Shown piece after piece: positions 9,882 to 20,071 of a stretch of DNA of 64,000 nucleotides. The stretch spans positions 1-64,000 of IMG/VR virus record IMGVR_UViG_2627853700_000003; one strand, 5' to 3'. Source of the DNA: a virus (lineage: Duplodnaviria; Caudoviricetes). Both the position numbers and the translations under genes were made by a program. Each line of letters begins with the position of its first letter. Within the stretch, counting starts at the first letter, position 1. The notes beneath the pieces were generated by a model. The model saw nothing but the letters and a program-made list of their open reading frames with translations, had not been told where the DNA came from and made no database searches.

Positions 9882-12492
9882 CCCTCTTGGGTCGTATCCT
9901 TTGTTCTTGCATAATACAGCGTCTTAATTCCTTTATGATGAGCGTAGAGGTCTATTCTATTTAGATCTCTCGTCGTCATCGTATCCTTCAAGAACAACGT
10001 AAATGAAATCCCTTGGTCAACGTGCTGCTGAATAGTGGCAATAAGATCAACTACCTTAAACATATCCATGTCGTATGCTTCCTTATAAAAGAACCAATTC
10101 TGAGCCGATAAACCTGGCATCGGATAATATGTCTTACTGTTTCCGTATGTACGTTCCTCGATTCTCTCCATAATAGGCATTACACCGGCAGTAGATGATT
10201 GAACATATGAGATGCTTCCTGTAGGTGCAATAGCCTGCCTATACGAATGATACAAGCCATATTTCATAACATCCTCTTTAAGCTTCATCCAATCTTCAAT
10301 GTTAGGAATATGTTGATCTCCAAACATGTTTTTAACCTTTTGATATTTAGGGCTATAATCATTTGTCACGTACTTATCAAAATACTCACCTGATTTGTAG
10401 GTCGACCCATCAAACTTGTAGTACGTCTCCCCTGTTTCTTTTGCAATTTCCATTGAACGCTGCAGGGAGTAGAAGTTAACCATCATAAAGTATGTATTTG
10501 CAAAGTCCTTAGCTTCTTCACTTTCATAAGGGATTTTATTTTGAGCCAGAAAACCATGTAGGTTCATCTGTCCTAAGCCAATTGATCTCATTAGTGTATT
10601 TGCTCTCGCAACTGCTGGAGCATTTACAATGTTTGTTTTCCTTGTGATAGTTGTCAGTGAGTCAATTGCTATTCTGACTGTTGAAGCAATTGATTGATTG
10701 CTCATTACATTTACAATATTCATTGAGCCAAGATTGCAAGAGATATCTAAGCCAATTTCATCCTCTTTATCGTAATCTGTATAAACTGACACTTGAGATG
10801 CTTGAAGTACCTCTGACTTTAATATTCAACGAAAGGCGCAACACTCTCGTCCGTTCTCTTATGAACTGCTTACGATCACTCGTAAGAATAGACTATATCA
10901 TCGACCCATAAGGCCGCCCGCCGTTTCCATCGCCATATACTTGCGATGTACTCTACTCCCTTACGCGTATGCGTGGTTTCGATAGTCGTTCGGCATTTCC
11001 GCAAGGTGCGGTTTAGCACGGTATTGTCTATTGAATAGAGTTTCACCGTTTAGACGGGTTTGCTACGGCCATTACTGACCGAAGGTGCTACAGTTAACAC
11101 AAATTAGAAAATTTCACTTTTGAAATATGTTCATTCGGATGCACTTTATTTACATTGTCAGCAAACATGATATAAGGATAACCAGATTCGCTTCTTAGAA
11201 TGGCCAATTGCTCTAACAGCTTTCGAGCATTTCCCTTGGCTTTTCTAAGCCTAGGGTTTTCAACAAGCTCATCATACATTTTATTGATGTCCATCTCATC
11301 AAGATACTGCCCATATTCTTTGTAAACTGAATGAGGATAGAACATGTAAAAATCCTTATCTTCTCTTGCCAATTCAATGAATTTATCAGGAACAACTACC
11401 CCAATAGATAGTGTTTTAACTCGGACATCTTCATCAGCACTTATTTTTTTGGTATCAAGGACGTCTGTAATATCGGGATGGAATACACTTAGATAAGCTG
11501 CTCCTGATCCTTGTCTTTGCAGACCATTCAGACGTGTTCGCTAAGCACGCCCCGCCATACGGCTGCTTCATGTTGCCATGAAGATTAGACTATATCTTCA
11601 TCCTTTTAGGATGCCTCCTGTTTCGACTGCCAATAGCTTGCAGCCTACGCCTTTCGGCTAGTCGTTGCACGTTCAAGACTTTAGTCTAGCTTCGCTCATG
11701 ATTGTCCCTGTAGGAGTTCCCATGAATTAAAGAGGTTTTCGATCGCCATTTCTGACAAAAGGGGCCAAATCAACCCATTTGGTCGGCATATCTGAAGGCA
11801 TTATCTAGAAGTTTCATAACACCTACGACACCTTTAGTTGCATTCTCTACGTCTTTAATTGCTTCACCCTTGGCTCGTAATTTGCTTAGGTTTAATGCAA
11901 CACCGCCACCCAATTTAGACAGCTGCATGGAAATATCGATCGCCCGTGAAATATCGTTTAAACTGTCTCCCACTTCAAGCAAGAAACAGCTCACCATTTC
12001 GCCTCTTCGCTTACGCCCTGCATTTAGGAAAGTAGGTGTTGCCGGCTGATACTCTTGTTTCATCATTGCGTGTACTTCCTCAATAGCCTTATCGTAATCA
12101 CCATCTGCACAATACAAAGCTACAATTGAGACGCGATCCTCATATCTCTCCAGGATCTTTGTTTTATCGTTTGTCTTCAATGCATAGTCATTGTAGAACT
12201 TAAATGCACTCATGAAAGAAGGGAACCTGAATTTGTAACTGTAAGCAATTTTAAAAATCGATTTAATCTGCTCAAATGTGTATTCACTTAAGAATTCTTC
12301 TTCGTAATAATCATTTTTAATCAGATAATCCAGTTTCTCTTTTAAATCATGGAAAAAGACTGTATTTTGATTAATGTAATCAACAAAGTAACTGTGCACG
12401 GCCTCCTTATCCTTCTCAAATTGAAACTTACCGTCTTTCTGAATCATGATCTCATTATTGAGTTTGATCCACTTTGGTATTGTGTTTGTCAA
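9860..12492 (-). CDS. nrdE: Class Ib ribonucleotide reductase alpha subunit; exons 12492-11773, 11519-11097, 10816-9860 (699 aa spliced)
   Basis: Splicing restores ADQMG|QRQGSG and FSNLC|SEVLQ; PATPTFLNAG, APTGSISY, TLYY, CLSC. Confidence 0.93.
10817..11096 (-). ncRNA. Group I intron 2 of nrdE (280 nt, no ORF) right after the catalytic Cys codon
   Basis: TGT|TAACTG...AAAG|TCA; GATATAGTCTA core motif. Confidence 0.88.
11520..11772 (-). ncRNA. Group I intron 1 of nrdE (253 nt, no ORF)
   Basis: GGT|TGATTT...CTG|CAA; core similar to the nrdF intron (AAGATATAGTCTA). Confidence 0.9.
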
Positions 12493-12850
12493 TAAGTTGT
12501 ACCTCCCGATTAATCTTCTGCAAATCTTGTTTTGTTCCGCTTAGTTCAAACTTTAATAACAATGGTACGTGGAACATTGCTGAAAGCTTGTCCCCAGCTA
12601 AACCATAGTTATCACCCCAAACCTTGTTACCACTCACCGCAACTCCTTTTATTTTATTTTTATTCTTATTGATAAAACTCAAAGTCCTTTCAGGTACTTC
12701 CCCAAAGCCTATCGTATATGTAATATGTATGAACTCTTGAGTGATGATCGTATCATCAGTTATTTCAATTGCCTCAATGTCTAACTCTTGTTGCAACGCT
12801 TTTACAAACCTTCTTACATTGCCAGTTTTACTCTCATATGTAATGATCAC
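12455..12850 (-). CDS. nrdI: NrdI flavodoxin
   Basis: YESKTGNVRRF, SGNKVWG, KFELSG. Confidence 0.95.
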   Translation of the reverse strand: MIITYESKTGNVRRFVKALQQELDIEAIEITDDTIITQEFIHITYTIGFGEVPERTLSFINKNKNKIKGVAVSGNKVWGDNYGLAGDKLSAMFHVPLLLKFELSGTKQDLQKINREVQLIDKHNTKVDQTQ

Positions 12851-13203
12851 TTATCGTTATAAGCCCCTGTAATTAATTTTGTAGTCACTGTTTCAGCTTC
12901 ATTTTCAGCGTAATTGAATGCTTCTGATATCTCACGATTAATGTCGCCCATTTCCATGTAACCCTGTGCCATACTTTCATATAAGGAACTCTTCTTAACT
13001 GGAACGTAATCATCTAGATTCTTTTCTAATTCAACAAATTGATTTCCCTGTTGGTCAGTTGCAATAATCTCTCCTTTTAATACAGGAAAAGATTGCCCAT
13101 CAGCTAAATGAATATGAGTGTTCTCATCGGCTATTGTAAAGCTAATAATGTTCTTCTTTTTTACATATTGTTGAGTTGGATCAATACGTCTAGCTGCCCC
13201 CAT
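12847..13203 (-). CDS. yosL: YosL, protein with C-terminal MazE-like (MazF-binding) segment
   Basis: ESMAQGYMEMGDINREISEAFNYAENEAE resembles B. subtilis MazE ESMRRGYMEMAKINLNIS; synteny. Confidence 0.85.
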   Translation of the reverse strand: MGAARRIDPTQQYVKKKNIISFTIADENTHIHLADGQSFPVLKGEIIATDQQGNQFVELEKNLDDYVPVKKSSLYESMAQGYMEMGDINREISEAFNYAENEAETVTTKLITGAYNDK

Positions 13204-13254
13204 TTTACATCTCCTTATTTTTTAATTTCATTTTGAATAAAGCTGTGATTTTAT

Positions 13255-13596
13255 TTAAACTAAAACCAAAACATTGTTTTTGATGTACTTGTCTATTTCT
13301 GATTTTGTATAAGTAAGAGTACTGTCGGTTGTAGTGTCAGTTATTTCGAATTGTTCAGTATTATGATTCATTCTTGCTGTGTATACAGTATTGCTGACTA
13401 CAGCAATAGCTTCTTCTGATAGCTTAAATTTAAATTCGTTTAAATCAGCTACTTCATCAATCTCTCTTACCTCATGCGGTACTCCGCTTTCTTCTTGAGC
13501 GTACACAGCATCTTTATGAGCCTCAATAGCATCATCATAAGTGCCAACAAGTGTTCCCATGCAATAAAGTCCGTGTTTTTTATTCATTGTCATCAT
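13255..13596 (-). CDS. Hypothetical phage protein
   Basis: ORF track. Confidence 0.6.
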   Translation of the reverse strand: MMTMNKKHGLYCMGTLVGTYDDAIEAHKDAVYAQEESGVPHEVREIDEVADLNEFKFKLSEEAIAVVSNTVYTARMNHNTEQFEITDTTTDSTLTYTKSEIDKYIKNNVLVLV

Positions 13597-13600
13597 CCTT

Positions 13601-13813
13601 TTAATTTATTTTTGTGAACCTCTTAATCTCTTTACCTTCAACAGCCACATTTCCAAAGAACATTTCTTTAGGTCTTGCCCAAAGTAATCCGTCTTGGTCT
13701 TCATATGTAACCAGCTTTTCTTCTGTTTCAGTGTGAATGACCTCTCCTATAACCTTATACAGACCGCCTTTATAATGTCTAAACCAGCAACCGACTACTT
13801 CGTATGTATTCAT
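13601..13813 (-). CDS. DUF1653 family protein
   Basis: FRHYKGGLYKV...HTETEEKLVTY...WARPKEMF. Confidence 0.85.
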   Translation of the reverse strand: MNTYEVVGCWFRHYKGGLYKVIGEVIHTETEEKLVTYEDQDGLLWARPKEMFFGNVAVEGKEIKRFTKIN

Positions 13814-13819
13814 TTGAAT

Positions 13820-14197
13820 TTATTGCCCCTCAAATTTCAGTTTTAGTCGTTCATATTCTAATCTTTCCTGCTCTTCTTTTTTCTTCTGGTATTCAATTTG
13901 ACGAGCTTCTTCTGCTTTTTTAAGCTTCAGCTCATAATCAGCCCAATCCTTTTTTGTAATGATTTTTAGTCTATTAAGTTCATGTTTTGCATATCTGTTC
14001 TCATATAGCTCTTTTTTTGCCCGGCATTCATTAAATACAATGGTATTGGTTTGATCTTCGTCCAAATCAAAAACCTGTTTTACTATCAACACTCCACCAT
14101 CTTTGGTTACGATTGTAGTGCTATCACAAAATTGGTTTGCATGAATAAATCCAATTTCTTTGCCAACCAGATCATTCGGTTCTGTTATAAAATACAT
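13820..14197 (-). CDS. Hypothetical phage protein
   Basis: ORF track, SD AGGAGG. Confidence 0.65.
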   Translation of the reverse strand: MYFITEPNDLVGKEIGFIHANQFCDSTTIVTKDGGVLIVKQVFDLDEDQTNTIVFNECRAKKELYENRYAKHELNRLKIITKKDWADYELKLKKAEEARQIEYQKKKEEQERLEYERLKLKFEGQ

Positions 14198-14230
14198 TTG
14201 CTTCCTCCTTATCCCTTTAAAATCATCCTT

Positions 14231-14524
14231 TTAATTAAAATTTATAACTCCATCCCAGCTTTCCAATTCTTTAATATCGTTATTAATTTCTTTGCTTCTT
14301 AATAAACGTTTTCTTGCAGCTCTTGCAGACTCTTCAAACGCACCTTTAAGTGTCTGGGCACTTCCGAAGAATGGATTGCCTCGGTATACAACTTTGTTTT
14401 TTTCATTGTCCTTAACCACAACTTCGTCTATTAACCACTGTCCGAGGCGACTGGTTTCTTTGGCAAAGAATGTGATTCTAAATTGATATCCATCAATTAC
14501 AACAAGTTTTTCAAAACTTTTCAT
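14231..14524 (-). CDS. Hypothetical phage protein
   Basis: ORF track, SD. Confidence 0.6.
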   Translation of the reverse strand: MKSFEKLVVIDGYQFRITFFAKETSRLGQWLIDEVVVKDNEKNKVVYRGNPFFGSAQTLKGAFEESARAARKRLLRSKEINNDIKELESWDGVINFN

Positions 14525-14565
14525 TATTCGCCCCTCGTTTTCAATGAAATAAAACTTTTAATCGG

Positions 14566-14886
14566 TTACGCTTCAAAATTCCCGCACCAGTCCATGAACT
14601 CCTTAATGTCATCTACCTTTCTCTTTTTTGTTATTTCTTCTGATTCAACATGACTAACAATTCCCTTAACCTTATCAACTAGCGTCAATCGTTTTAAGGG
14701 AGAATGAACATGTGTTAACGGCATTCCATTGCCTGCAGCCAGTGTACTTTTTGTAACAAGATTCTTAACCTCCCATTCTAGAATGTCCCATCCTAGCCCC
14801 TTTCCTTCTTCAGCAATTAATCTAATTTCATATGTACCTCTAGCCGTTGTAATCTTCTTTGTTAATTCCATAACATCACCCTCCAT
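14566..14886 (-). CDS. Hypothetical phage protein
   Basis: ORF track. Confidence 0.6.
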   Translation of the reverse strand: MEGDVMELTKKITTARGTYEIRLIAEEGKGLGWDILEWEVKNLVTKSTLAAGNGMPLTHVHSPLKRLTLVDKVKGIVSHVESEEITKKRKVDDIKEFMDWCGNFEA

Positions 14887-14915
14887 GTATTTAAGTTCAT
14901 GCGAATTTCTCCTCG

Positions 14916-15263
14916 TTAGGTAAACAGTGTGCTCACATACAGAACGATCAACGCAAAAGCTGAATACAGTAAAGACTTACCTGCTTTCTTGAAGATGTTT
15001 TCGTTTTTGTCTTGATCTGACTGTTTTACACCTTTGACAAATATATTAAGTAAAACACCGATAACAAATGAATGAGGTAAAGTGAAATGAACATTTTGAA
15101 TATTGTATGTATCAATAAGCAATGGGTTTAACACATGATTCAATCCATAATAGACAACTAGTGACATAGTCAATGCTTCAACAAAAATGAGTAACCCAAC
15201 TACAATCAGAGAACCTGATCCGATAAAGAAACCGTTCCAAATATCTTTTGTATCCTTATTCAA
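14916..15263 (-). CDS. yosE: YosE-like membrane protein
   Basis: Hydrophobic segments; synteny. Confidence 0.6.
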   Translation of the reverse strand: MNKDTKDIWNGFFIGSGSLIVVGLLIFVEALTMSLVVYYGLNHVLNPLLIDTYNIQNVHFTLPHSFVIGVLLNIFVKGVKQSDQDKNENIFKKAGKSLLYSAFALIVLYVSTLFT

Positions 15264-15276
15264 AAAAATCTCTCCT

Positions 15277-15684
15277 TTAGTCTTTTTTAATTAACCTCTT
15301 CCACCAGGATGTTTTACTCACTTCATTTTGTTCTTCAACTTGATGATTCTCTTGTCTGACATGTTTCTGCCATTCCTCTTCAAATTCCGCTTGCTCTTTA
15401 ATTGCTCTTTCAAGACTTTCTTTGTCTTCAATTGTCTTAATGATCTTATCAGTCTGATATGTCCATTCATTTTTTATGTTGCGCTGCCTGTCTGTTACGA
15501 CTACGTATTCGTTAAACCCTGGGATATACACTTTCCCTCCGACTTCAATTGGGTCTAAATCAATAATTCCTTCGAAGAAGGCTTTGAACTCAGTTTTTTC
15601 CTTTTCAGTAATACCGCAAAGAATATCCAGCCCCCAACTTTTCTTAATTACCTTCCCTTCAAATGTTGCTTTATGCCGTCCCAC
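15277..15684 (-). CDS. yosD: YosD-like protein
   Basis: MGRHKATFEGK start; SD AAGGAGGTG; synteny. Confidence 0.6.
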   Translation of the reverse strand: MGRHKATFEGKVIKKSWGLDILCGITEKEKTEFKAFFEGIIDLDPIEVGGKVYIPGFNEYVVVTDRQRNIKNEWTYQTDKIIKTIEDKESLERAIKEQAEFEEEWQKHVRQENHQVEEQNEVSKTSWWKRLIKKD

Positions 15685-15696
15685 TTATCCACCTCC

Positions 15697-16017
15697 TTAT
15701 ATGTAACTTCCTAATGTGTAATCTGAGATAATTCCCTCTTCAATTAAGTAAGACATAATTTCTTGGACTTTATCATGTATGATATGTGGAAATTCAAGTT
15801 TTTCTCTTGTATAAGCATTCATGTAGTACTGATAATCATATGGTTGCAAACTTCTTTCATTTAGAACATCAATTTCACCTTTTAGACTGTTTTTATGTAT
15901 TGTTAAATTAAAAGTAATGTTAGGGTGAATTGATTTTATGAAGTACCACTTTGATTTCACGTGATCTGTAAAACCGATGCCTCTCATTTGTTTCTCTTCA
16001 AGTATGTGAAACCTCAT
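15697..16017 (-). CDS. Hypothetical phage protein
   Basis: ORF track, SD. Confidence 0.6.
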   Translation of the reverse strand: MRFHILEEKQMRGIGFTDHVKSKWYFIKSIHPNITFNLTIHKNSLKGEIDVLNERSLQPYDYQYYMNAYTREKLEFPHIIHDKVQEIMSYLIEEGIISDYTLGSYI

Positions 16018-16170
16018 TTTTCTCCCTCATTGATGATTTTCTTTACGGCTTTTAAAAGCATGTTTAGTGATTTCTTGTCACCCATTTCATCCCGATTGAC
16101 CTCAATAAAGTGAACTGCTGACATTAATTTATCCTGCATTTCAGTTGCTCCTCTCGATAAAAATTGAATT

Positions 16171-16644
16171 TTAACCTAATTTCTCCAAGATAATTTTAAG
16201 ATAATCTTTGAAGTCAATAGCTACAGCTTCTTCACCTTCTACACGTTTCTCATCTCTTACGCCAAAAAACCATCTATCACCTACCCACTGGCTTGCAGTT
16301 ATATTATTTCTCCCGAACACATCATGGCCTTTGAAAGGATTTGCCTCTTCTATTTTCTCTAGCATAGACCTTATGTCTGTGAAATACTTAGAACGTTTTT
16401 TAAATGCATAGAAGCCAGCTTTTGTGGGGTTTTTCACCACTTCATCTTTAAAGAAGTCATATGCTTCTGTTCCTGCGCGTACTCCGAAATACTCGGAATG
16501 ATAGAACGAAAAACCATTCTTAATTCCGTATGTTGCTTCGAATTCATCAAAGAATTTGTTAATATCTTCTCTTCGTTTCTTCTCAGTTTTATACCAATCG
16601 CTTTCTTGCTTAATCTCATAAATTGGTGCATCTAATGTTTCCAT
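16171..16644 (-). CDS. Hypothetical phage protein
   Basis: ORF track, SD. Confidence 0.65.
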   Translation of the reverse strand: METLDAPIYEIKQESDWYKTEKKRREDINKFFDEFEATYGIKNGFSFYHSEYFGVRAGTEAYDFFKDEVVKNPTKAGFYAFKKRSKYFTDIRSMLEKIEEANPFKGHDVFGRNNITASQWVGDRWFFGVRDEKRVEGEEAVAIDFKDYLKIILEKLG

Positions 16645-16761
16645 GGCTCTATGCTCCTTTTTTGTTTATCACCTAAAGACATCATTTGTTCCAATTTGTC
16701 GCATACTGCACTTTCCCAGGAAATCATTTATATTTCCTTTCACTATTTCCCTTCATCTTGT

Positions 16762-16944
16762 TCATATCACTGTAAGAATAAATCCGATAAGGAGCGAGCA
16801 AGCTCTCATTAAGAAAACAGTGAGATAAAATGGCAAGGCTTCTTTAAAGTTTTTATTCTCAACTAAACTTGTAAGTCCATTACCTATGAATATTGAACCG
16901 AACAAGATTAGTCCCAGCACCAAATATGACATTTCATTCATCAT
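16762..16944 (-). CDS. Small two-TM membrane protein
   Basis: ORF track; hydrophobic. Confidence 0.5.
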   Translation of the reverse strand: MMNEMSYLVLGLILFGSIFIGNGLTSLVENKNFKEALPFYLTVFLMRACSLLIGFILTVI

Positions 16945-16970
16945 ATCCCTTCTTATAATGGACTAGATTA

Positions 16971-17195
16971 TTACTCATGGTATTCATACGCCTCTTGAAC
17001 TGCATTAAAGTCTTCATTATCTAAAACATCCTTTGCTACTTGGCACCAATATCCTAAATCACTAACCGCTTCAACTAGTTCATTAATTGCTTGATCCTGA
17101 GTAATTGGTTTTGAATCTAATATCCAGCCTCCATTAACAGTTCTTTCTAACGTATGAGCACCTTTTTTATGTAAACAAACTTTCAATTTATCCAT
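16971..17195 (-). CDS. Hypothetical phage protein
   Basis: ORF track, SD. Confidence 0.55.
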   Translation of the reverse strand: MDKLKVCLHKKGAHTLERTVNGGWILDSKPITQDQAINELVEAVSDLGYWCQVAKDVLDNEDFNAVQEAYEYHE

Positions 17196-17237
17196 TTAGC
17201 ATCTCTCCATTCTCGATAAAAGGAATATTTTATACTC

Positions 17238-17435
17238 TTATTTTATTTTTATGTTTAAATGCTTCAAAGTTTTTGATACGGGCATTTCACTGCATTCGTT
17301 CTTAATGCGCTTAGATTGGTCTTGTGCGCAATCATTGCAACAATTGAAGTCTACATAGGTCTTCATGTCACTAACTCGCAGGCATATGATTTGGCCTTCT
17401 ATGTATTCGCTACAGATATCGCATATTCTATTCAT
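17238..17435 (-). CDS. Small Cys-rich (zinc-binding) protein, YorZ position
   Basis: CDIC...CCNDC; SD. Confidence 0.55.
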   Translation of the reverse strand: MNRICDICSEYIEGQIICLRVSDMKTYVDFNCCNDCAQDQSKRIKNECSEMPVSKTLKHLNIKIK

Positions 17436-17466
17436 TTATCCTCTCCTTGCGCTTCTTAATGATTTT

Positions 17467-17495
17467 ATTTTATACTTATTTTTTATATTTGTCTA
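17467..17495 (-). promoter_or_regulatory. sigmaA promoter TAGACA-17-TAAAAT with SPBRE-like operator in the spacer
   Basis: Spacer AATATAAAAAATAAGTA identical to the copy at 32993-33009. Confidence 0.75.
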
Positions 17496-17502
17496 CTGTT
17501 TT

Positions 17503-17685
17503 TCAAATTATTTCTTTGATGTTTTTTAGTGTTGCAAATGCCTGTAAGAGCGTTTTCTCTGTCCTTTCCCATACCTGTTTATCTTCATACCGGATGTTGT
17601 TCTCCAAATAAACATATAGCCTGTCTAGCAATGATTCAATATTATCAATATCATTGCCAATCATTTCGTTTCTAATTTCATTGAT
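17503..17685 (-). CDS. yorY: YorY-like 60-codon ORF beginning at ATC behind a strong SD
   Basis: GAGGAGG-taatagca-ATC AAT GAA ATT... to TGA at 17503; a downstream ATG lacks an SD. Confidence 0.5.
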   Translation of the reverse strand: MNEIRNEMIGNDIDNIESLLDRLYVYLENNIRYEDKQVWERTEKTLLQAFATLKNIKEII

Positions 17686-17699
17686 TGCTATTACCTCCT

Positions 17700-17927
17700 C
17701 TACGAGAATATAATTATAGCTTTCCCATTGTCATTCTTTATGTACGGTGAATGTTTTCTCTGAAGGTAATTTGTCCCCCTACCTTCACCAATGCTCACGT
17801 TATAAACAATCTTTACCTTATGTATGTCTAATGCCTTTCGTTTAGCCTCTTCTGTAGACGCTGCTTCAATTACCAAAGAAGCGTTTTCGTCATTGTGATC
17901 TTTACATCTAACATAGTACCTTTTCAA
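17700..17927 (-). CDS. yorX: YorX-like protein
   Basis: 75 aa, synteny. Confidence 0.55.
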   Translation of the reverse strand: MKRYYVRCKDHNDENASLVIEAASTEEAKRKALDIHKVKIVYNVSIGEGRGTNYLQRKHSPYIKNDNGKAIIIFS

Positions 17928-17964
17928 TAAACATCCCTTTATCCTTTCTTTTTATCCTGTTGTA

Positions 17965-18192
17965 TTAATCCTCTTTTAGGTAAGTCTTAAAAAACTCTTC
18001 TAGGTTTGCAGCAATTGCACCGGCAACTTCTGCATAATATGTATGGCTCTTCTCTTCGGATCTTAAAAGTTCAACTGCAGACTTGGCAATGGCTTTTATT
18101 TTCCCCTCGTCTAATTTGCCGCTTCTTACTTCGTCTTTAATTCTTTCGGCTTCCTCTTTTAAGCTTTCTGGATAGTTCACCACAGACTTCAC
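17965..18192 (-). CDS. yorV: YorV-like protein
   Basis: Immediately downstream of the C5 MTase; synteny. Confidence 0.55.
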   Translation of the reverse strand: MKSVVNYPESLKEEAERIKDEVRSGKLDEGKIKAIAKSAVELLRSEEKSHTYYAEVAGAIAANLEEFFKTYLKED

Positions 18193-18229
18193 CTCTTATA
18201 TTTTATTTTCACTCTTTAAAAGACAAATT

Positions 18230-19741
18230 TTATTCAGATTCTTTATTATCGTATGTATGTATTAATTCCTTGAATATTGACTCAAGTACAGTTACAGTAA
18301 TTGAATTGCCGGCTTGCTTGTACAACTGCGAATTACTAATTCCCACTGATAAGGCTTTCTCAAAATCTTCTTCATCAAATGCTTGCAGTCTCCAACATTC
18401 TAATGGAGTGAGCTTTCTAATTCTGTATTTTGGGTATTCGCCAATTGCTACACCATGACGATCAATTGTATTAACAGTGAAGGCCGGTTCATCGTCTTCT
18501 TTAAAGCGTCTGCCATTTTGTCTTTTTTCTTCCCTTTCTGGAGTTAAGACGGGTCTTATTTCAGGGTTTGGCACAGAAATTTTCACCCCTTCACCCTTAT
18601 TTGTTGTTAAAGTTGAACTTAGCCCATTTGAATTGTAAACCTGACCATTCATTCCTTCTCCTGAAGGATTAATATTACCAACATACTCAACAGCAATTTT
18701 AGGTTCTCTATGACCTCCTCCCATAGTTGTTAATGTTGGTGACACCCCATCAGGCGAGTACACTCTTTTAATTGCATCATGTCCTTTTAGATCAATGTGA
18801 CCAATCATGATCGGGTCTTCCACTTTGTATAGCGAAGTCTGCCCTCCGAGACCACCTACCGATTGGGATGTCAAAGTTGTTGCAATGCCATTTGAATCAT
18901 AGACTCTATTGCCTTGTTTAAAGTTTCTGGAATATGTTTTTCCGTTATTCAGCCACCTCTTTCCTACGTTAATGCCACCAACAAACACCACATCTTTTTC
19001 TTTTGGTTTTTCAATTTGTTCAATCAGTTTAGATGTTTTTTCTTCGCTTAAGTAATACTTCTCATCTACATATTCCTCAAGAATTTCTCGCAATCTCTTT
19101 CCAACAATATCTTGTGCAGACCATTTAAAATTGAAACTTTTTATATTTAATTCTTTTAATCTCTTTTTTCCCTTACTTAAAACATCGTTCCTTCCCTTTT
19201 CGACAATCCATTCGTCATTTTCAATTAAATCCTCACGAACTCCAATTATGTATATACGCTCACGATTCTGAGGAACATTGAAAAATTTTGAATTAAGTAG
19301 CTCTAAGTCAATTCTGTACCCAACTTCACTAAAAGATTCAGCCATAATATTTAATGTATTTCCTTTATCATGATTGATCAACCCTTTAACATTTTCAAAA
19401 ACAAAATACCGCGGCTTCTTCTCTTTTAAGGTATCTATATATTGAAAAAACAATGTCCCTCTAGTATCTTCGAACCCTTTCCGATAACCGGCTACGCTAA
19501 AGCTTTGACAAGGAGATCCTCCAACTAAAAGATCAAATTCAGGCAGTTTTTTCTTATCAATCTTGCTTACATCACCAAAATTTGATTGCTCATCAACGTT
19601 GTGAATCGCACAATATGACTTAATAGCATATTTATCAATTTCACTAAAGCCAACCAGTTCATATTCAACCCCAATGTTTCTTAGTGCAGCTTCAAACGCA
19701 CCGATTCCACTAAAAAGACTCATTACTCGTAGTTTATTCAA
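18230..19741 (-). CDS. mtbP: Multispecific DNA cytosine-C5 methyltransferase (SPR/phi3T/rho11/H2 family)
   Basis: FSGIGA, GSPCQSFS, ENV, QNRER, QAGNS; several TRD-like repeats in the variable region. Confidence 0.93.
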   Translation of the reverse strand: MNKLRVMSLFSGIGAFEAALRNIGVEYELVGFSEIDKYAIKSYCAIHNVDEQSNFGDVSKIDKKKLPEFDLLVGGSPCQSFSVAGYRKGFEDTRGTLFFQYIDTLKEKKPRYFVFENVKGLINHDKGNTLNIMAESFSEVGYRIDLELLNSKFFNVPQNRERIYIIGVREDLIENDEWIVEKGRNDVLSKGKKRLKELNIKSFNFKWSAQDIVGKRLREILEEYVDEKYYLSEEKTSKLIEQIEKPKEKDVVFVGGINVGKRWLNNGKTYSRNFKQGNRVYDSNGIATTLTSQSVGGLGGQTSLYKVEDPIMIGHIDLKGHDAIKRVYSPDGVSPTLTTMGGGHREPKIAVEYVGNINPSGEGMNGQVYNSNGLSSTLTTNKGEGVKISVPNPEIRPVLTPEREEKRQNGRRFKEDDEPAFTVNTIDRHGVAIGEYPKYRIRKLTPLECWRLQAFDEEDFEKALSVGISNSQLYKQAGNSITVTVLESIFKELIHTYDNKESE

Positions 19742-19808
19742 TAAACAACCTCCATATATTTTATTTTTACTCTAAATAAAATTGATCTTTTAAATGGAAT
19801 CATTCAAA

Positions 19809-20051
19809 TTATTTTCCTTCAATTATATTTCTGACTCTTATGTTTAGTGCTTCTTGTTCTATTTGAAAAGAAGTGTTTGTCTTTATCGTTAAATATGTAT
19901 CAGCTAGATGATTGGCAACATTACGGTATATCGGATCTGTATTGTATCTATGAAATTGCTCCTCTTCAGTCTCTTCTGTCACCAGCTTAATTACCTTTAA
20001 TGCTTGGTCTAGACTTTCTCTATGCTTTTCAGTGTTAATAATAATTTTCAC
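19809..20051 (-). CDS. Hypothetical phage protein
   Basis: ORF track. Confidence 0.5.
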   Translation of the reverse strand: MKIIINTEKHRESLDQALKVIKLVTEETEEEQFHRYNTDPIYRNVANHLADTYLTIKTNTSFQIEQEALNIRVRNIIEGK

Positions 20052-20071
20052 CTCTCTTCAAAAGAGATATT

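Noticed and set aside
9860-12492. nrdE and nrdF fragments as pseudogenes or intein-containing genes
   Set aside because: Group I intron removal restores full frames; the inserts contain stops and no intein motifs
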